Shown piece by piece: positions 20,659-31,213 of a DNA stretch of 64,000 bases. A program made the position numbers and the translations under genes. The notes under the pieces are model-generated. The model searched no databases and was not told where the DNA came from. It saw only the letters and a program-made list of their open reading frames with translations. Origin of the DNA: a candidate division WS6 bacterium OLB20 (GTDB lineage Bacteria; Patescibacteriota; Dojkabacteria; B142; OLB20); the NCBI GenBank assembly GCA_001567355.1, contig JYNZ01000004.1, forward strand, positions 18,262 through 82,261, in the 5' to 3' direction. Each line of letters starts with the position of its first letter. Position 1 is the first letter of the stretch.

Positions 20659-21066
20659 ATGTTGCAGCCCAAGAAAACAAAATACAGAAAAGCATTCCGC
20701 GGCAAGATGCGCGGCATGGCAACTACAGGTAACTCAGTAACAGTCGGTGATTTCGGTCTGCAGGCTACCACCCGCAGCTGGATCAATGGTCGTCAGATTG
20801 AGGCTGCACGTAAGGTCATTGTTCGTGAGATGAAGCGTAAGGGAAAACTGTGGATCAGAATCTTTCCGCATAAACCATATTCAAAGAAACCAGCAGAAGT
20901 CCGAATGGGTAAGGGTAAAGGAGATGTAGAAGGATATGTAGCAGTCGTTAAACCGGGACGCATTATGTTTGAGATCGGAGGAGTACCCAACGATGTCGCA
21001 CGTGAGGCTCTCCGCAAGGCAGCACAGAAACTGCCAGTACTTACAAAGATCATTGAGAAGCAGTAA
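20659..21066 (+). CDS. rplP: 50S ribosomal protein L16.
   Basis: '[19 protein letters not shown]'. Confidence 0.95.
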   Translation: MLQPKKTKYRKAFRGKMRGMATTGNSVTVGDFGLQATTRSWINGRQIEAARKVIVREMKRKGKLWIRIFPHKPYSKKPAEVRMGKGKGDVEGYVAVVKPGRIMFEIGGVPNDVAREALRKAAQKLPVLTKIIEKQ

Positions 21067-21068
21067 TC

Positions 21069-21353
21069 ATGAAAGCAGCAGAGCTAAGAAAACAGACTAA
21101 GGCACAGCTCGAGAAGCGTCTGAGCGAGAAGCAGACAGAGCTGGCAGAGACACGTTTTGATGTACGTATCGGTCAGGAAACAAACTACAGTGTAATCGGA
21201 AAGATGAGGACCGAGATCGCACGGATAAAAACACTGCTGAACACAGGTGACTATGCTTCAGAAAGTGCTGATAAACCTAAGGAAAGCGCCGAAAAGGATG
21301 GAAAAAAGCAGGCCAAATCTGATAAAATCACTAAGTCCAGCAAGAAATCGTAA
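21069..21353 (+). CDS. rpmC: 50S ribosomal protein L29 with a C-terminal extension.
   Basis: 'MKAAELRKQTKAQLEKRL...' plus a Lys/Ser-rich tail. Confidence 0.85.
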   Translation: MKAAELRKQTKAQLEKRLSEKQTELAETRFDVRIGQETNYSVIGKMRTEIARIKTLLNTGDYASESADKPKESAEKDGKKQAKSDKITKSSKKS

Positions 21354-21358
21354 AAATC

Positions 21359-21634
21359 ATGGCAGACAAGAAGACCGAGAACAAAAGAACACCTAAACAG
21401 CTGCAGGGAACTGTAGTCAGTACAGGTATGCAGAATACCATTGTAGTCCGCGTAGAGCAGAAATATGCTCACCCGTTCTACGGCAAGATCATTAAAACAC
21501 ATAAAAAGTACCTGGCACATTGCGAAGATGACAAAGTAGTCAATGGAGACACTGTCATTATTGAAGAGGGTAAACCTGTAAGCGCACGTAAGACGTTCTA
21601 CTTCGTATCTAAGGTTGAAACCAGGGGAAATTAA
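21359..21634 (+). CDS. rpsQ: 30S ribosomal protein S17.
   Basis: 'LQGTVVSTGMQNTIVVRVE'. Confidence 0.9.
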   Translation: MADKKTENKRTPKQLQGTVVSTGMQNTIVVRVEQKYAHPFYGKIIKTHKKYLAHCEDDKVVNGDTVIIEEGKPVSARKTFYFVSKVETRGN

Positions 21635-21637
21635 GAC

Positions 21638-22021
21638 ATGGTACAGTCACTTTCACGCCTTACAGTAGCGGACAACAGCGGAGCCAAAGAGTTGATGGTA
21701 ATTCAGGTGCTTGGTGCGAAACACGCACGAAACAAGCAGCGCTATGCGAAGGTCGGCGATATTGTCAGTGCGTCGGTTAAGAAAGCGATTCCAAACAGCA
21801 ATGTTGTTCCTGGAGACGTAGTACACGCTGTGATTGTCAGAACAAATAAAGAGTTCAAACGCAAGGATGGATCCTACATCCGCTTTGACGACAATGCTGC
21901 TGTGATCATTGATAAAGAGAAAAAAGATCCCAAGGCAACACGTATCTTTGGTCCTGTTGCCCGCGAACTTCGCGAAAAGGGGTTTATGAAGATTATTAGT
22001 TTGGCCCCTGAGGTACTGTAA
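21638..22021 (+). CDS. rplN: 50S ribosomal protein L14.
   Basis: '[26 protein letters not shown]'. Confidence 0.95.
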   Translation: MVQSLSRLTVADNSGAKELMVIQVLGAKHARNKQRYAKVGDIVSASVKKAIPNSNVVPGDVVHAVIVRTNKEFKRKDGSYIRFDDNAAVIIDKEKKDPKATRIFGPVARELREKGFMKIISLAPEVL

Positions 22022-22023
22022 CC

Positions 22024-22329
22024 ATGAAGATAAAGAAGGGAGACACAGTTCAGGTAATCACCGGCAAAGACCGCGGTAAGACAGGAAAAGTTCTGCGCGT
22101 GTTCAGGCTGACCGACCGGGTGGTCGTCGAAGGTGTTAATATTCAGAAGCGCCACAGAAAGGCGACCAACCAGAACGAACAGTCGGGTATCGTATCCTTT
22201 GAGGGACCGATACATGTATCAAACGTAATGATTGTTGATCCGAAGGATAATAAACCCAGCAGGATCGGTTATACAATTGAAAAAGGAGAAAAGACCAGAG
22301 TGTCAAAACGCTCCGGATCAAAGATCTAA
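22024..22329 (+). CDS. rplX: 50S ribosomal protein L24.
   Basis: KOW motif 'MKIKKGDTVQVITGKDRGKTGKV'. Confidence 0.9.
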   Translation: MKIKKGDTVQVITGKDRGKTGKVLRVFRLTDRVVVEGVNIQKRHRKATNQNEQSGIVSFEGPIHVSNVMIVDPKDNKPSRIGYTIEKGEKTRVSKRSGSKI

Positions 22330-22331
22330 AA

Positions 22332-22904
22332 ATGGCAAAAGAGAAATCAAGACTACAAGTAAAATACGAAAACGAGATCAGACCAGAGCTCATGAAAGAG
22401 CTGGGGATCGATAATATCATGGCTGTTCCAAACCTGACCAAGATTGTTGTTAACTCGGGTCTTGGAGAAGCAAAGGTTGATCGCACGGCTATTGATGATA
22501 TGATGCGGGATATCGCATTGATCACAGGTCAGAAGCCGGTGGCAACACGCTCTCGCAAGGCGATCTCAAACTTTAAGATCCGTGAAGGAATGGATATCGG
22601 AGTGAAGGTTACACTGCGACGTGATATGATGTGGTACTTTATGGACCGCCTCATCTCGATCTCGCTGCCGCGAATCAAAGACTTTCGTGGAATTCCTGCA
22701 AAGGCATTCGACAGAAATGGCAACTATGCACTCGGAATGAATGAGCACACTGTGTTTCCTGAGGTTGATACAACCCAGGTGACAAAAATCAGAGGACTGC
22801 AGATTGTGATCTGTACGTCATCGGATAACGATGAGCATGCATTCAAACTGCTCGAAAAGCTTGGAATGCCATTTGTAAAATCTAAGAAGAAAAACAAGAG
22901 TTAA
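22332..22904 (+). CDS. rplE: 50S ribosomal protein L5.
   Basis: L5 signature, 190 aa. Confidence 0.95.
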   Translation: MAKEKSRLQVKYENEIRPELMKELGIDNIMAVPNLTKIVVNSGLGEAKVDRTAIDDMMRDIALITGQKPVATRSRKAISNFKIREGMDIGVKVTLRRDMMWYFMDRLISISLPRIKDFRGIPAKAFDRNGNYALGMNEHTVFPEVDTTQVTKIRGLQIVICTSSDNDEHAFKLLEKLGMPFVKSKKKNKS

Positions 22905-22906
22905 TT

Positions 22907-23101
22907 ATGTCAACACACGCACAGGAAGCAAAAGCACGAGAACTGAAACGGAAATCTAAGTATCCGACACGCGTATTCAACCGATGTCAGATCTGTGGAC
23001 GTGCACGCGGTTATCACCGCATGTTCAAACTCTGCAGGATCTGCCTGAGGGAGCGTGCCATGGCAGGGGAAATCCCCGGTCTTAAGAAGTCATCTTGGTA
23101 A
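22907..23101 (+). CDS. rpsN: 30S ribosomal protein S14, Zn-binding type Z.
   Basis: 64 aa, '[20 protein letters not shown]' CxxC...CxxC. Confidence 0.9.
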   Translation: MSTHAQEAKARELKRKSKYPTRVFNRCQICGRARGYHRMFKLCRICLRERAMAGEIPGLKKSSW

Positions 23102-23115
23102 ATTATTAACATACT

Positions 23116-23514
23116 ATGGTAAACGATCCGATTGCAGACCTACTAACAAGAATAAGAAACGCTCAGCTCCGCGGCAAGGAAGAAATCAGCATGCCCAGGA
23201 CACGAATGATCGAAGACATTGCCAAGATTCTGACCGAAGAGCAGTACATCGAGTCATACAAGGTCGAGAAGACCGATGCTCCTCAGCCTACGCTTGTCAT
23301 TACACTGAAGTATGCACAGGATGGCACACCAGCAATCCGTGAACTGAAACGTGTTTCGAAGCCCGGCCTGCGTATCTACACCGGGTACAAAGACATCAAA
23401 CCGGTTCTGAATAACCTTGGAATCGGTATCCTTTCAACACCAAAAGGTATTCTGTCGACAAAGCAGGCAATGACAGAAAAGGTCGGTGGAGAGTATCTGT
23501 GTAACATCTGGTAA
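23116..23514 (+). CDS. rpsH: 30S ribosomal protein S8.
   Basis: 'MVNDPIADLLTRIRNA'. Confidence 0.95.
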   Translation: MVNDPIADLLTRIRNAQLRGKEEISMPRTRMIEDIAKILTEEQYIESYKVEKTDAPQPTLVITLKYAQDGTPAIRELKRVSKPGLRIYTGYKDIKPVLNNLGIGILSTPKGILSTKQAMTEKVGGEYLCNIW

Positions 23515-23516
23515 TC

Positions 23517-24080
23517 ATGTCAAAGATCGGGGAAAAACCAATTGAATTTGATGCTGCAAAGGTAACAGTGACTGTCGAGAAAGGCGGAGAGTTCGACTAT
23601 CTGACGGTTACTGTAAAGGGTCCCAAGGGCGACCTTAAGCAGGACATCGCAGAAGGAGTAAAGATCGAGGTCGCAGATGGTACGGTTACTGTCACACGTG
23701 AGTCTGAGGAGACAGAAGATCGAAGTCTTCATGGTCTGTATCGCTCTCTGATTGCAAATATGGTGGATGGTGTAGTCAACGGATACGAGAAGCGTCTTGA
23801 GATTCATGGAGTTGGTTTTCGCGGAACGCAGAAGGGGACAGCGATTGAGATGAACCTAGGGTTCAGTCATCCTGTAACATATCATGCACCAGAAGATGTC
23901 ACAGTGACAATGGAAGGACAGGAAGTCATTATTGTAACCGGTATCGATAAACAGCGTGTAGGACAGGTCGCTGCCGAGATTCGTGACCTGCGGAAGCCAG
24001 AGCCCTATAAAGGAAAAGGAATCCGATACATGGGAGAAAATATTAAGCGCAAAGCTGGTAAAGCCGGCGTAGCAGGATAA
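23517..24080 (+). CDS. rplF: 50S ribosomal protein L6.
   Basis: L6 two-domain signature. Confidence 0.95.
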   Translation: MSKIGEKPIEFDAAKVTVTVEKGGEFDYLTVTVKGPKGDLKQDIAEGVKIEVADGTVTVTRESEETEDRSLHGLYRSLIANMVDGVVNGYEKRLEIHGVGFRGTQKGTAIEMNLGFSHPVTYHAPEDVTVTMEGQEVIIVTGIDKQRVGQVAAEIRDLRKPEPYKGKGIRYMGENIKRKAGKAGVAG

Positions 24081-24084
24081 AAAA

Positions 24085-24429
24085 ATGAAAAACGATAAAC
24101 GAACAAAACGTATTCGCAGAAAAAGGAGCATCAGAGGTAGAATCAGTGGTACAGCTTCTGTTCCAAGACTGACTGTGTACCGCTCAAACAGTCACATCTA
24201 TGCTCAGATCATTGATGATGTGGCACAGGTTACTCTGGCATCTGCTTCTGATACTAAAATTGACAAAGGCAATGCAACAGAGAGAGCACAGAAGGTCGGG
24301 CAGGAAGTAGCAAAAGCTGCAATGGGTAAAAAGATTGAAAAAGTGGTGTTTGACAGAAACGGATATAAATATCATGGCCGTGTCAAAGCACTTGCCGATG
24401 CAGCTCGTGAGGCTGGCCTGAAGTTTTAA
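24085..24429 (+). CDS. rplR: 50S ribosomal protein L18.
   Basis: '[18 protein letters not shown]'. Confidence 0.9.
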   Translation: MKNDKRTKRIRRKRSIRGRISGTASVPRLTVYRSNSHIYAQIIDDVAQVTLASASDTKIDKGNATERAQKVGQEVAKAAMGKKIEKVVFDRNGYKYHGRVKALADAAREAGLKF

Positions 24430-24446
24430 TACAGATTACAAAGACA

Positions 24447-25046
24447 ATGGCTGAAACAAAAGCAAAAGCAAAAGCAAAAACAGACGAAAAGCAGACACCT
24501 GATACGCAGGCACAGGATTCGCGCAGCAGACAGCAGGGTCGCCGTGGCGGTCGCCAGGATAAACGCGGAGGTCGCGGAGGTCGTGGCAAGCGTGAAAATA
24601 ACGATGGTGTAGACAAGCGAATCGTTTCAATACGCAGAGTTGCTCGTACATACGCAGGAGGAAAGAGAATGCGCCTGAGTGTTCTCGTTGTTGCGGGTGA
24701 TAAGAACGGACGGGTAGGAGCAGGACTTGCCAAGGGAGTGGATGTGCGGACTGCAGAGCAGAAAGCACTCAACCTGGCAAAGAAAAACATGAAAAAGGTT
24801 AATCTGCGTGGGGGTACAATTCCGCACGAACTGACTTACAAAAAAGGTGCAGCACGTGTATTTATGAAGCCTGCTGCTCCCGGTACCGGTGTGATCGCGG
24901 GTGGAGCAATGCGTGCAGTACTTGAACTTGCAGGTGTCAAGGATATTCTTACCAAGGTTATCGGAACACAGAATTCTATCTCTAATGTTTATGCTGCGAT
25001 TGAGGCATTAGAGAGTCTTAAACCAGTTGCTAAGCAGACAAAATAA
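24447..25046 (+). CDS. rpsE: 30S ribosomal protein S5 with an R/G/K-rich N-terminal extension.
   Basis: S5 dsRBD and C-terminal domains; followed directly by rplO with no L30 gene. Confidence 0.95.
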   Translation: MAETKAKAKAKTDEKQTPDTQAQDSRSRQQGRRGGRQDKRGGRGGRGKRENNDGVDKRIVSIRRVARTYAGGKRMRLSVLVVAGDKNGRVGAGLAKGVDVRTAEQKALNLAKKNMKKVNLRGGTIPHELTYKKGAARVFMKPAAPGTGVIAGGAMRAVLELAGVKDILTKVIGTQNSISNVYAAIEALESLKPVAKQTK

Positions 25047-25047
25047 C

Positions 25048-25497
25048 ATGTTGGACTCACTGAAAAAACACACATCTGGAAAATCAAAGCGCGTCGGTCG
25101 TGGATATGGCTCAGGAAAAGGTGGTCATACTGCAGGCCGTGGCCAGAAGGGACAGAAGTCTCGTGCAGGATACAAACCAGCACGAAAAGGATTTGAGGGA
25201 GGATCAATGCCACTCTCACGCAGACTTCCAAAACTGAAAGGCTTTACACGCGGATATTTCAAGGCACGAAGCAATCGTTATGAACTTTCCCTTTCTGACC
25301 TGAATTCGTTCAAGTCAGGAGATACTGTGTCGCTTGAGACACTGCAGGAACTTAATCTTGTTCCGGCTAAGGCTACAGCTGCTGAAGTGAAGATACTCGG
25401 CAACGGTTCCCTCGACAAGAAAATCTCTGTCCAGGACCTTGCTGTATCGGAATCTGCAAAGAAGCAGATAGAAGACAAAGGCGGATCAGTATCGTAA
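25048..25497 (+). CDS. rplO: 50S ribosomal protein L15.
   Basis: 'KRVGRGYGSGKGGHTAGRGQKGQK'; the internal Met at 25048 is used. Confidence 0.9.
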   Translation: MLDSLKKHTSGKSKRVGRGYGSGKGGHTAGRGQKGQKSRAGYKPARKGFEGGSMPLSRRLPKLKGFTRGYFKARSNRYELSLSDLNSFKSGDTVSLETLQELNLVPAKATAAEVKILGNGSLDKKISVQDLAVSESAKKQIEDKGGSVS

Positions 25498-25522
25498 GTA
25501 ATTAGTTTAGCTGACAGATACG

Positions 25523-26995
25523 TTGAAGAAGCGCTTAGCTAGCATCGTTAAAGCGCCGATCGGTCTTCTTTCGCGGCCGGGAGGTGTAATCAGTAAAAAG
25601 ATCTCACAGGCCACCGGTTCGGTGTCGTTTCTCGAGAGTCTCCGTAATGTTGATATTCGCAAGAAGCTGATTTTTACAATCGGCATTCTTGTCGTTTACA
25701 GAATCCTTAACGCAGTTCCACTTCCCGGGATTGATGTCCGGCTTTTTATTGAGGTATTCCGTGACAGCCCTCTGACCAATATCTTTACACTGGTTACAGG
25801 TGGACGGCTGGATAATCCTTCTCTTGTCTCTATCGGACTGGGAGCATATATTAATGCATCCATTGTTATCCAGCTGCTGCAGACTGTGATTCCCAAGTTC
25901 GAAGAACTTTCTAAAGAAGGGGAACGCGGCCGCAAGACGCTGAACCAGTACACACGCATTCTTGCTGTACCTCTCAGTGCTATTCAGGGATTTGTCATTT
26001 ACACAATTCTCTCAAACGTAGGAACAACTGTACCCGAGCTGGCAGGACTTGTGGATGGCATTACACCGTTCCAGGTCGTAACCATGATCGTGTCACTAAC
26101 CGCAGGCAGCATTCTTTTAATGTGGCTTGGAGAGCTTATCTCGGAGCGCGGTATCGGAAACGGTATCTCGATCCTGATTACAGTAAGCATCCTTTCATCG
26201 CTTCCGGGACTTATTGCTCGTGACTTCTCGTTCATGGCACAGGACCTGCAGCTGCTGGCAGGCGGAAACTTTAACGTGCTTCTCAATGAGAACTTCCTGA
26301 TTGTTTACGCTGTGATTATCGGGCTGATTCTTCTGGTGCTTGGCGTTGTCTACATAAACGAAGCAGTCCGTAAGATTACAATTCAGTATGCACGCAGGTT
26401 CAGAGGGGACGGCATGCAGGGCAGCTATCTGCCGCTAAAGATAAACCAGGCCGGAGTTATTCCTGTGATCTTTGCTTCGGCTCTGCTTACATTCCCGCAG
26501 ATCATTTCACAGTTCCTGCTCAGTTCAGCAGACAGTGAGTCGTTCCTGTTTAAGCTGGGGGCAGGCATTAATGATTCGTTCCTCGGTGCTGATCTCTCCA
26601 CTCAGACGACTGAAGAGAGGTTGTCTTATTTTGCTGCGTATGCATTATTAATTATCGGCTTTACGTTCTTCTATACATTTGTGACATACAAACCGTCTGA
26701 GACGGCGGATAATCTGAAGAAAAGCGGCGGGTTTATTCCTGGGCTGCGTCCGGGTAAAGCTACACAGAAATTTATTACACATGTTCTTGTTAGACTGACG
26801 GTCGTAGGCAGTATTTTCCTGGCTGTAATCTCTCTCATTCCAAGTATTGTGATTCTCTCACCGCAGGGTGCTAACCTGACCATAATCGGAGCGGTTGGAG
26901 GAACCAGTATTTTGATCATCGTGGGTGTTATTCTTGATACGATCAGACAGATGAAGTCACTGACCGTGTCAATCAGCTATGATCAGTACAAGTAA
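25523..26995 (+). CDS. secY: Preprotein translocase SecY.
   Basis: 10-TM SecY signature; ~25 aa N-terminal extension. Confidence 0.95.
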   Translation: MKKRLASIVKAPIGLLSRPGGVISKKISQATGSVSFLESLRNVDIRKKLIFTIGILVVYRILNAVPLPGIDVRLFIEVFRDSPLTNIFTLVTGGRLDNPSLVSIGLGAYINASIVIQLLQTVIPKFEELSKEGERGRKTLNQYTRILAVPLSAIQGFVIYTILSNVGTTVPELAGLVDGITPFQVVTMIVSLTAGSILLMWLGELISERGIGNGISILITVSILSSLPGLIARDFSFMAQDLQLLAGGNFNVLLNENFLIVYAVIIGLILLVLGVVYINEAVRKITIQYARRFRGDGMQGSYLPLKINQAGVIPVIFASALLTFPQIISQFLLSSADSESFLFKLGAGINDSFLGADLSTQTTEERLSYFAAYALLIIGFTFFYTFVTYKPSETADNLKKSGGFIPGLRPGKATQKFITHVLVRLTVVGSIFLAVISLIPSIVILSPQGANLTIIGAVGGTSILIIVGVILDTIRQMKSLTVSISYDQYK

Positions 26996-26997
26996 GC

Positions 26998-27750
26998 GTG
27001 AAGCATCTTGTAAAAACCAGCGATGAGATCAGCCGGATGCGCAAAGGCGGTAAGATCCTGGCTGAGATTCTGCATGAAATTGCAGCATCTGTCTCTCCCG
27101 GAATGACAACCGGTGAACTGGACAGAATGGCAGCAGCTCTTTGTAAAAAACATGACGTTAAGCCCGCCTTCCTCGGCTATCAGGATTATCCCGCAATTCT
27201 GTGTGTTGGCGTAGATGATGTGGCCATTCATGGTATCCCTTCTGACGAAGAGATCCTGATTGAAGGCCAGACCATCAGTATCGACATGGGTATCATCTTC
27301 AAGGATATGTACCTTGACCATGCCGTAACTGTTGGAGTCGGAACGATTGATGAAGAAGGAGAAAAGCTTCTGCACAGTACAGAACTGGCCATGAAGGCCG
27401 GTATTGCGCAGGCAGTCGCTGGCAAGCATACCGGAGATATCGGATACGCTATTGAGCAGGTGGCTCTGCTTGCAGGTCTGTCTGTTATCACAGCCATGAC
27501 AGGTCACGGTGTCGGAAGAAAGCTGCATGAGGAACCGTCGATCCCGTGTTTCGGAGAGCGCGGTAAGGGTTTCAGACTTGTGGCGGGAATGACGGTTGCT
27601 ATTGAGGCAATGATTAATGAGGGTACAGGTGATCTTGAGTTTCTGTCTGACGGCTGGACGACAGTAACACAGGATGGAATGCGTTCGGCAATATTTGAGC
27701 ATACGGTCCTTGTCGGCGACAAATCACCTGAAATTTTGACAATTCGCTAG
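26998..27750 (+). CDS. map: Type I methionine aminopeptidase (GTG start).
   Basis: MAP pita-bread fold metal ligands; directly follows secY with no adk gene between them. Confidence 0.9.
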   Translation: MKHLVKTSDEISRMRKGGKILAEILHEIAASVSPGMTTGELDRMAAALCKKHDVKPAFLGYQDYPAILCVGVDDVAIHGIPSDEEILIEGQTISIDMGIIFKDMYLDHAVTVGVGTIDEEGEKLLHSTELAMKAGIAQAVAGKHTGDIGYAIEQVALLAGLSVITAMTGHGVGRKLHEEPSIPCFGERGKGFRLVAGMTVAIEAMINEGTGDLEFLSDGWTTVTQDGMRSAIFEHTVLVGDKSPEILTIR

Positions 27751-27758
27751 CGTAGCAG

Positions 27759-27787
27759 TTGTATCAAAGCTGTTCATTTGTTATAAT
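27759..27787 (+). promoter_or_regulatory. Sigma-70-like promoter candidate upstream of infA.
   Basis: TTGTAT-17 nt-TATAAT. Confidence 0.4.
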
Positions 27788-27862
27788 CTGCGGAGCGCTT
27801 TACTAGCGCTTATTTCAATTGTCTCACAAGATTTTTAATAACTTGGAGCGTTACCAAGAATA

Positions 27863-28117
27863 ATGTCTGCAGCTAAAAACAAACAGAAAGCCATTGACTC
27901 CAAAACGACCTTCAAGGTCAGGGGCAAGGTACTGGAAACACTACCCGGGACTAAGTTCCGGATCGGGATTCAGCTGCAGGAGCAGGAGCACGAGATCATG
28001 GGGTACATCTCAGGAAAAATGAGAATGCACTACATTAAGCTCCAGGTTGGTGACGAGGTGGAGGTTGTGATGTCACCGTATGATTTAAATAAAGGTCGAA
28101 TTGTTTATCGCTACTAA
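27863..28117 (+). CDS. infA: Translation initiation factor IF-1.
   Basis: S1-like OB fold 'GKMRMHYIKLQVGDEVEVVMSPYDLNKGRIVYRY'. Confidence 0.95.
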   Translation: MSAAKNKQKAIDSKTTFKVRGKVLETLPGTKFRIGIQLQEQEHEIMGYISGKMRMHYIKLQVGDEVEVVMSPYDLNKGRIVYRY

Positions 28118-28249
28118 TGAAAGTTAAAGCATCTGTTAAAAAAACGCTGTGAGCACTGCTACGTTGTAAAAAGACGTAATGCAGCAGGTCAGAGCAAAAC
28201 CTATATTTACTGTAAACGCAATCCGCGCCATAAACAGCGCCAGGGTTAA
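28117..28249 (+). CDS. rpmJ: 50S ribosomal protein L36, frameshifted in an A7 run (28138-28144); not in the ORF track.
   Basis: 'MKVKASVKK' + '[34 protein letters not shown]' (C-x2-C...C-x4-H Zn ribbon) if A7 is read as A6; start overlaps the infA stop as TAATG. Confidence 0.85.
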
Positions 28250-28271
28250 TTATTTATTACGAGTTCAAAGC

Positions 28272-28652
28272 GTGGTTAGAATTGCAGGCGTAGAGCTACC
28301 GGACAACAAGAGGATTGAGATTGCACTTACCTACATCTATGGAGTAGGACTGACATCATCACAGAAGATCCTTACTCAGACAAACGTCAGTGGTGACCTT
28401 AAGGTTAAGGACCTGAGTGACGCACAGATCAAGCGAATCTCCGCAGCTCTGTCAGACAGACCGCTGGAAGGAGAACTGAAAGAGATCGTCTTCAGAAATA
28501 TCAAACGTCTGAAAGATATCCGCAGCTACCGTGGTATGCGCCACAAACTCGGACTTCCGGTCCGCGGACAGCGCACTCGGACCAATGCAGTTACACGCAA
28601 AGGTAAGAATACGGCTGTAGGTGGACTCAAACGTAAGCTTGAAAAGACATAG
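28272..28652 (+). CDS. rpsM: 30S ribosomal protein S13 (GTG start).
   Basis: '[25 protein letters not shown]'. Confidence 0.9.
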   Translation: MVRIAGVELPDNKRIEIALTYIYGVGLTSSQKILTQTNVSGDLKVKDLSDAQIKRISAALSDRPLEGELKEIVFRNIKRLKDIRSYRGMRHKLGLPVRGQRTRTNAVTRKGKNTAVGGLKRKLEKT

Positions 28653-28671
28653 TTTAATACTCTAACGAATA

Positions 28672-29109
28672 ATGGCTAAAAAGGAAAAAAAGGCTAAAAA
28701 AGAGAACACGATGAAGGGCAAGCAGGCTGCTGCAGCTCCCAAGAAGAAGAAAAAGGTACAGGTACAGAAAGGTATCGTATTCATCAATTCAAGCTACAAC
28801 AACACTATTATTTCAATTGCTGACCCTGCAGGCGCAGTGCTTGCATGGAGCAGTCCCGGGGTGATCGGCTTCAGCGGTTCACGCAAAAGCACAGCATACG
28901 CTGCAACAAAAGCAGCAGAGGATGCTGTCGCAAAGGCACAGAAATACGGAATCAAAGAGGTTCGTGTCATCATCAAGGGAGCAGGTCTTGGACGCCAGGC
29001 TGCAGTCAAGGGACTGCGATCCGCCGGTCTGAGAATCATCTCTCTGTCGGATCACACACCCATCCCTCACGGAGGAACTGTTCCACGCAAGAAGCCCAGG
29101 GGATCATAA
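28672..29109 (+). CDS. rpsK: 30S ribosomal protein S11 with a Lys-rich N-terminal extension.
   Basis: S11 core 'GIVFINSSYNNTIISIADPAG'. Confidence 0.95.
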   Translation: MAKKEKKAKKENTMKGKQAAAAPKKKKKVQVQKGIVFINSSYNNTIISIADPAGAVLAWSSPGVIGFSGSRKSTAYAATKAAEDAVAKAQKYGIKEVRVIIKGAGLGRQAAVKGLRSAGLRIISLSDHTPIPHGGTVPRKKPRGS

Positions 29110-29127
29110 ACTTAATAAACAGGAACT

Positions 29128-29712
29128 ATGGCACGATACACAGGACCAAAATGGAAAATCAGCAGACGCGAGAATGCGGATGTATACGGAAGCGAAAAAT
29201 GGAGACGCAGACCGACAGCTCCCGGTGAGCATCCGGTATCACGCGGTCGTCCATCCGAGTATGCCGTTCAGTTCCGCGAAAAGCAGAAGGTAAAACGATC
29301 ATACGGTCTGCTCGAAAAGCAGTTCCGAAATCTGTACAAAGAAGCTATCCGCAGAAAAGGAAACACAGGTACAACACTTCTGCAGCTTCTCGAAATGAGA
29401 CTTGATAATGTCGTATACAGGCTTGGACTTGCAAAAACACGTAACCAGGCACGCCAGTTTGTTACACACGGTCACATTACTGTTAACGGTCAGAAGGTTG
29501 ATATTCCATCTGCACAGGTTTCAGTAGGTGATGAAATCTCCTACTCGGCACGGATGGCAAAGTCAGATATTGCCAAACTGATAAAGGCCGAAAATAAGGG
29601 GATGCAGATTCCGCAATGGCTCTTAGGCGGACAGGTAAAGAGCGTTCCCACCCGTGATATGATGGATCAGTCCATCAGGGAGCAGCTTATAATTGAGCTT
29701 TACTCTAGATAA
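29128..29712 (+). CDS. rpsD: 30S ribosomal protein S4.
   Basis: 'MARYTGPKWKISRRE' and S4 domain. Confidence 0.95.
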   Translation: MARYTGPKWKISRRENADVYGSEKWRRRPTAPGEHPVSRGRPSEYAVQFREKQKVKRSYGLLEKQFRNLYKEAIRRKGNTGTTLLQLLEMRLDNVVYRLGLAKTRNQARQFVTHGHITVNGQKVDIPSAQVSVGDEISYSARMAKSDIAKLIKAENKGMQIPQWLLGGQVKSVPTRDMMDQSIREQLIIELYSR

Positions 29713-29730
29713 TTTTTTTACTGTCGTACA

Positions 29731-30672
29731 ATGATTAAACTCGATCAGTTCAAAGTAACAGCAAGTAATGAGACAGAGACGGAAGGAACGTTCCAGATCG
29801 GGCCATTGCCACGCGGTTACGGTCACACACTTGGAAACTCACTTCGCAGAATCCTGCTTTCATCCATCCCGGGTGCAGCAGTGACCGCAGTAAAGATTGA
29901 TGGTGTAAAGCACGAATACTCAACACTCGAAGGTCTGCAGGAGGATGTAATCACTGTACTGCTCAAACTTAAGGAACTTGCACTTCGCGTTCACTCAGAT
30001 GATCCGCAGATCATCAAGCTTTCTGTAAAGGGTAAGAAGGGTGATCTCCTGACCATCAAGGCATCAGACTTTGAGCTGCCAAGTGACGTCGAACTGATCA
30101 ATGGTGACCTTGAGGTGGCAACACTGACCAAGGACGTAAACCTGAACATGGAAGTCATGGTTGAGCGCGGCGAAGGTTATGCATATGCAGATGAGGGCAA
30201 GCGCAAAGAGATCGGAAATATTCCTGTAGATTCTATCTTCAGCCCGGTTAAGCTGGTTAGAGTTGATGTCGTTCCGGCACGTGTCGGTCAGTACACCAAC
30301 CTCGATCAGATCAATCTCGAAATCACAACCAACGGTGTTGTAAGACCTTCAGAGGCACTGCTTACAGCCGGTGAAATCTATGATGAACTTGCCAACCGCT
30401 TGGTAGACCTGCTTGGAGGTGACTCTCAGCTTGCACAGGAGCAGCTGCAGCAGGAGCAGATGGTGGACGTTGAGGAAGAGAAGATTCTCATCAGTGAACT
30501 TAATCTTTCAACACGCCTGACGAATGCGCTGTTGAATGCAGGTATCACAGATCTTCGTGACCTGTCGGGTCACAGCCGTGATGAGGTTGCAAACTTCCGC
30601 GGTATGGGCAAGAAGTCGCTTACAGAACTTGATGATGTTATGGAGGAGCATAGCGTGAGCTTTGCCAGCTAA
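29731..30672 (+). CDS. rpoA: DNA-directed RNA polymerase alpha subunit.
   Basis: Alpha N-terminal domain and C-terminal domain. Confidence 0.95.
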   Translation: MIKLDQFKVTASNETETEGTFQIGPLPRGYGHTLGNSLRRILLSSIPGAAVTAVKIDGVKHEYSTLEGLQEDVITVLLKLKELALRVHSDDPQIIKLSVKGKKGDLLTIKASDFELPSDVELINGDLEVATLTKDVNLNMEVMVERGEGYAYADEGKRKEIGNIPVDSIFSPVKLVRVDVVPARVGQYTNLDQINLEITTNGVVRPSEALLTAGEIYDELANRLVDLLGGDSQLAQEQLQQEQMVDVEEEKILISELNLSTRLTNALLNAGITDLRDLSGHSRDEVANFRGMGKKSLTELDDVMEEHSVSFAS

Positions 30673-30674
30673 GT

Positions 30675-31122
30675 ATGAATTCTAAGAGAACCATTCACAA
30701 ACTAGGTCGCAAAAAGTCACACCGCGAAAGTCTTAAAAAAGAACCTGCTGACAAGTCTTGTTCTTTACGAGCACGTAACCACAACGCGTGCACGTGCCAA
30801 GGCAGTCATGCCGCTGTTTGACCGTCTGATTACAGATGCAAAGTCCCAGGACCATCTGTCGAAGCGTAAACTGGAACAGGTGCTGTTTGATGAGAATGCG
30901 ATCCGCAAGGTAAACGAGGTACTCGTTGACCGCTTTAAGGATGAGACATCAGGTTTTGTCAGACTGTTCAAGCTTGGCCGCCGCAAAGGTGACAATGCCG
31001 AGATGGTTAAAATGATGGTAAAGGGTTACCAGTACAAAGAGATCGGTAAGAAGGATTCATCAGCAGCCAAAGCAGGTGATGACAAAAAGAAGAAACAAAG
31101 GATTCTAAATCAAAGACCGTGA
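30675..31122 (+). CDS. rplQ: 50S ribosomal protein L17, frameshifted in an A6 run (30724-30729).
   Basis: 'MNSKRTIHKLGRKKSHRESLKK' + 'NLLTSLVLYEHVTTTRARAKAVMPLFDRLI...' joined if A6 is read as A5. Confidence 0.85.
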
Positions 31123-31213
31123 AGGCACGAGCTGACAGGTCTGATGATACAAAGGGAAGTCAGGTCAAAGGATCTGCTCCGCAGGCTACTAGATCACGTT
31201 CAGGAATATAAAG

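Noticed and set aside
12727-30995. Numerous 60-180 aa ORFs on either strand inside fusA, tuf, ribosomal-protein genes, secY and rpoA (for example 15350..15874, 16004..16546, 24383..24790, 27228..27497).
   Set aside because: They are fully contained within highly conserved genes in alternative frames. Their low-complexity Ser/Arg/Cys-rich translations are typical of out-of-frame reading.
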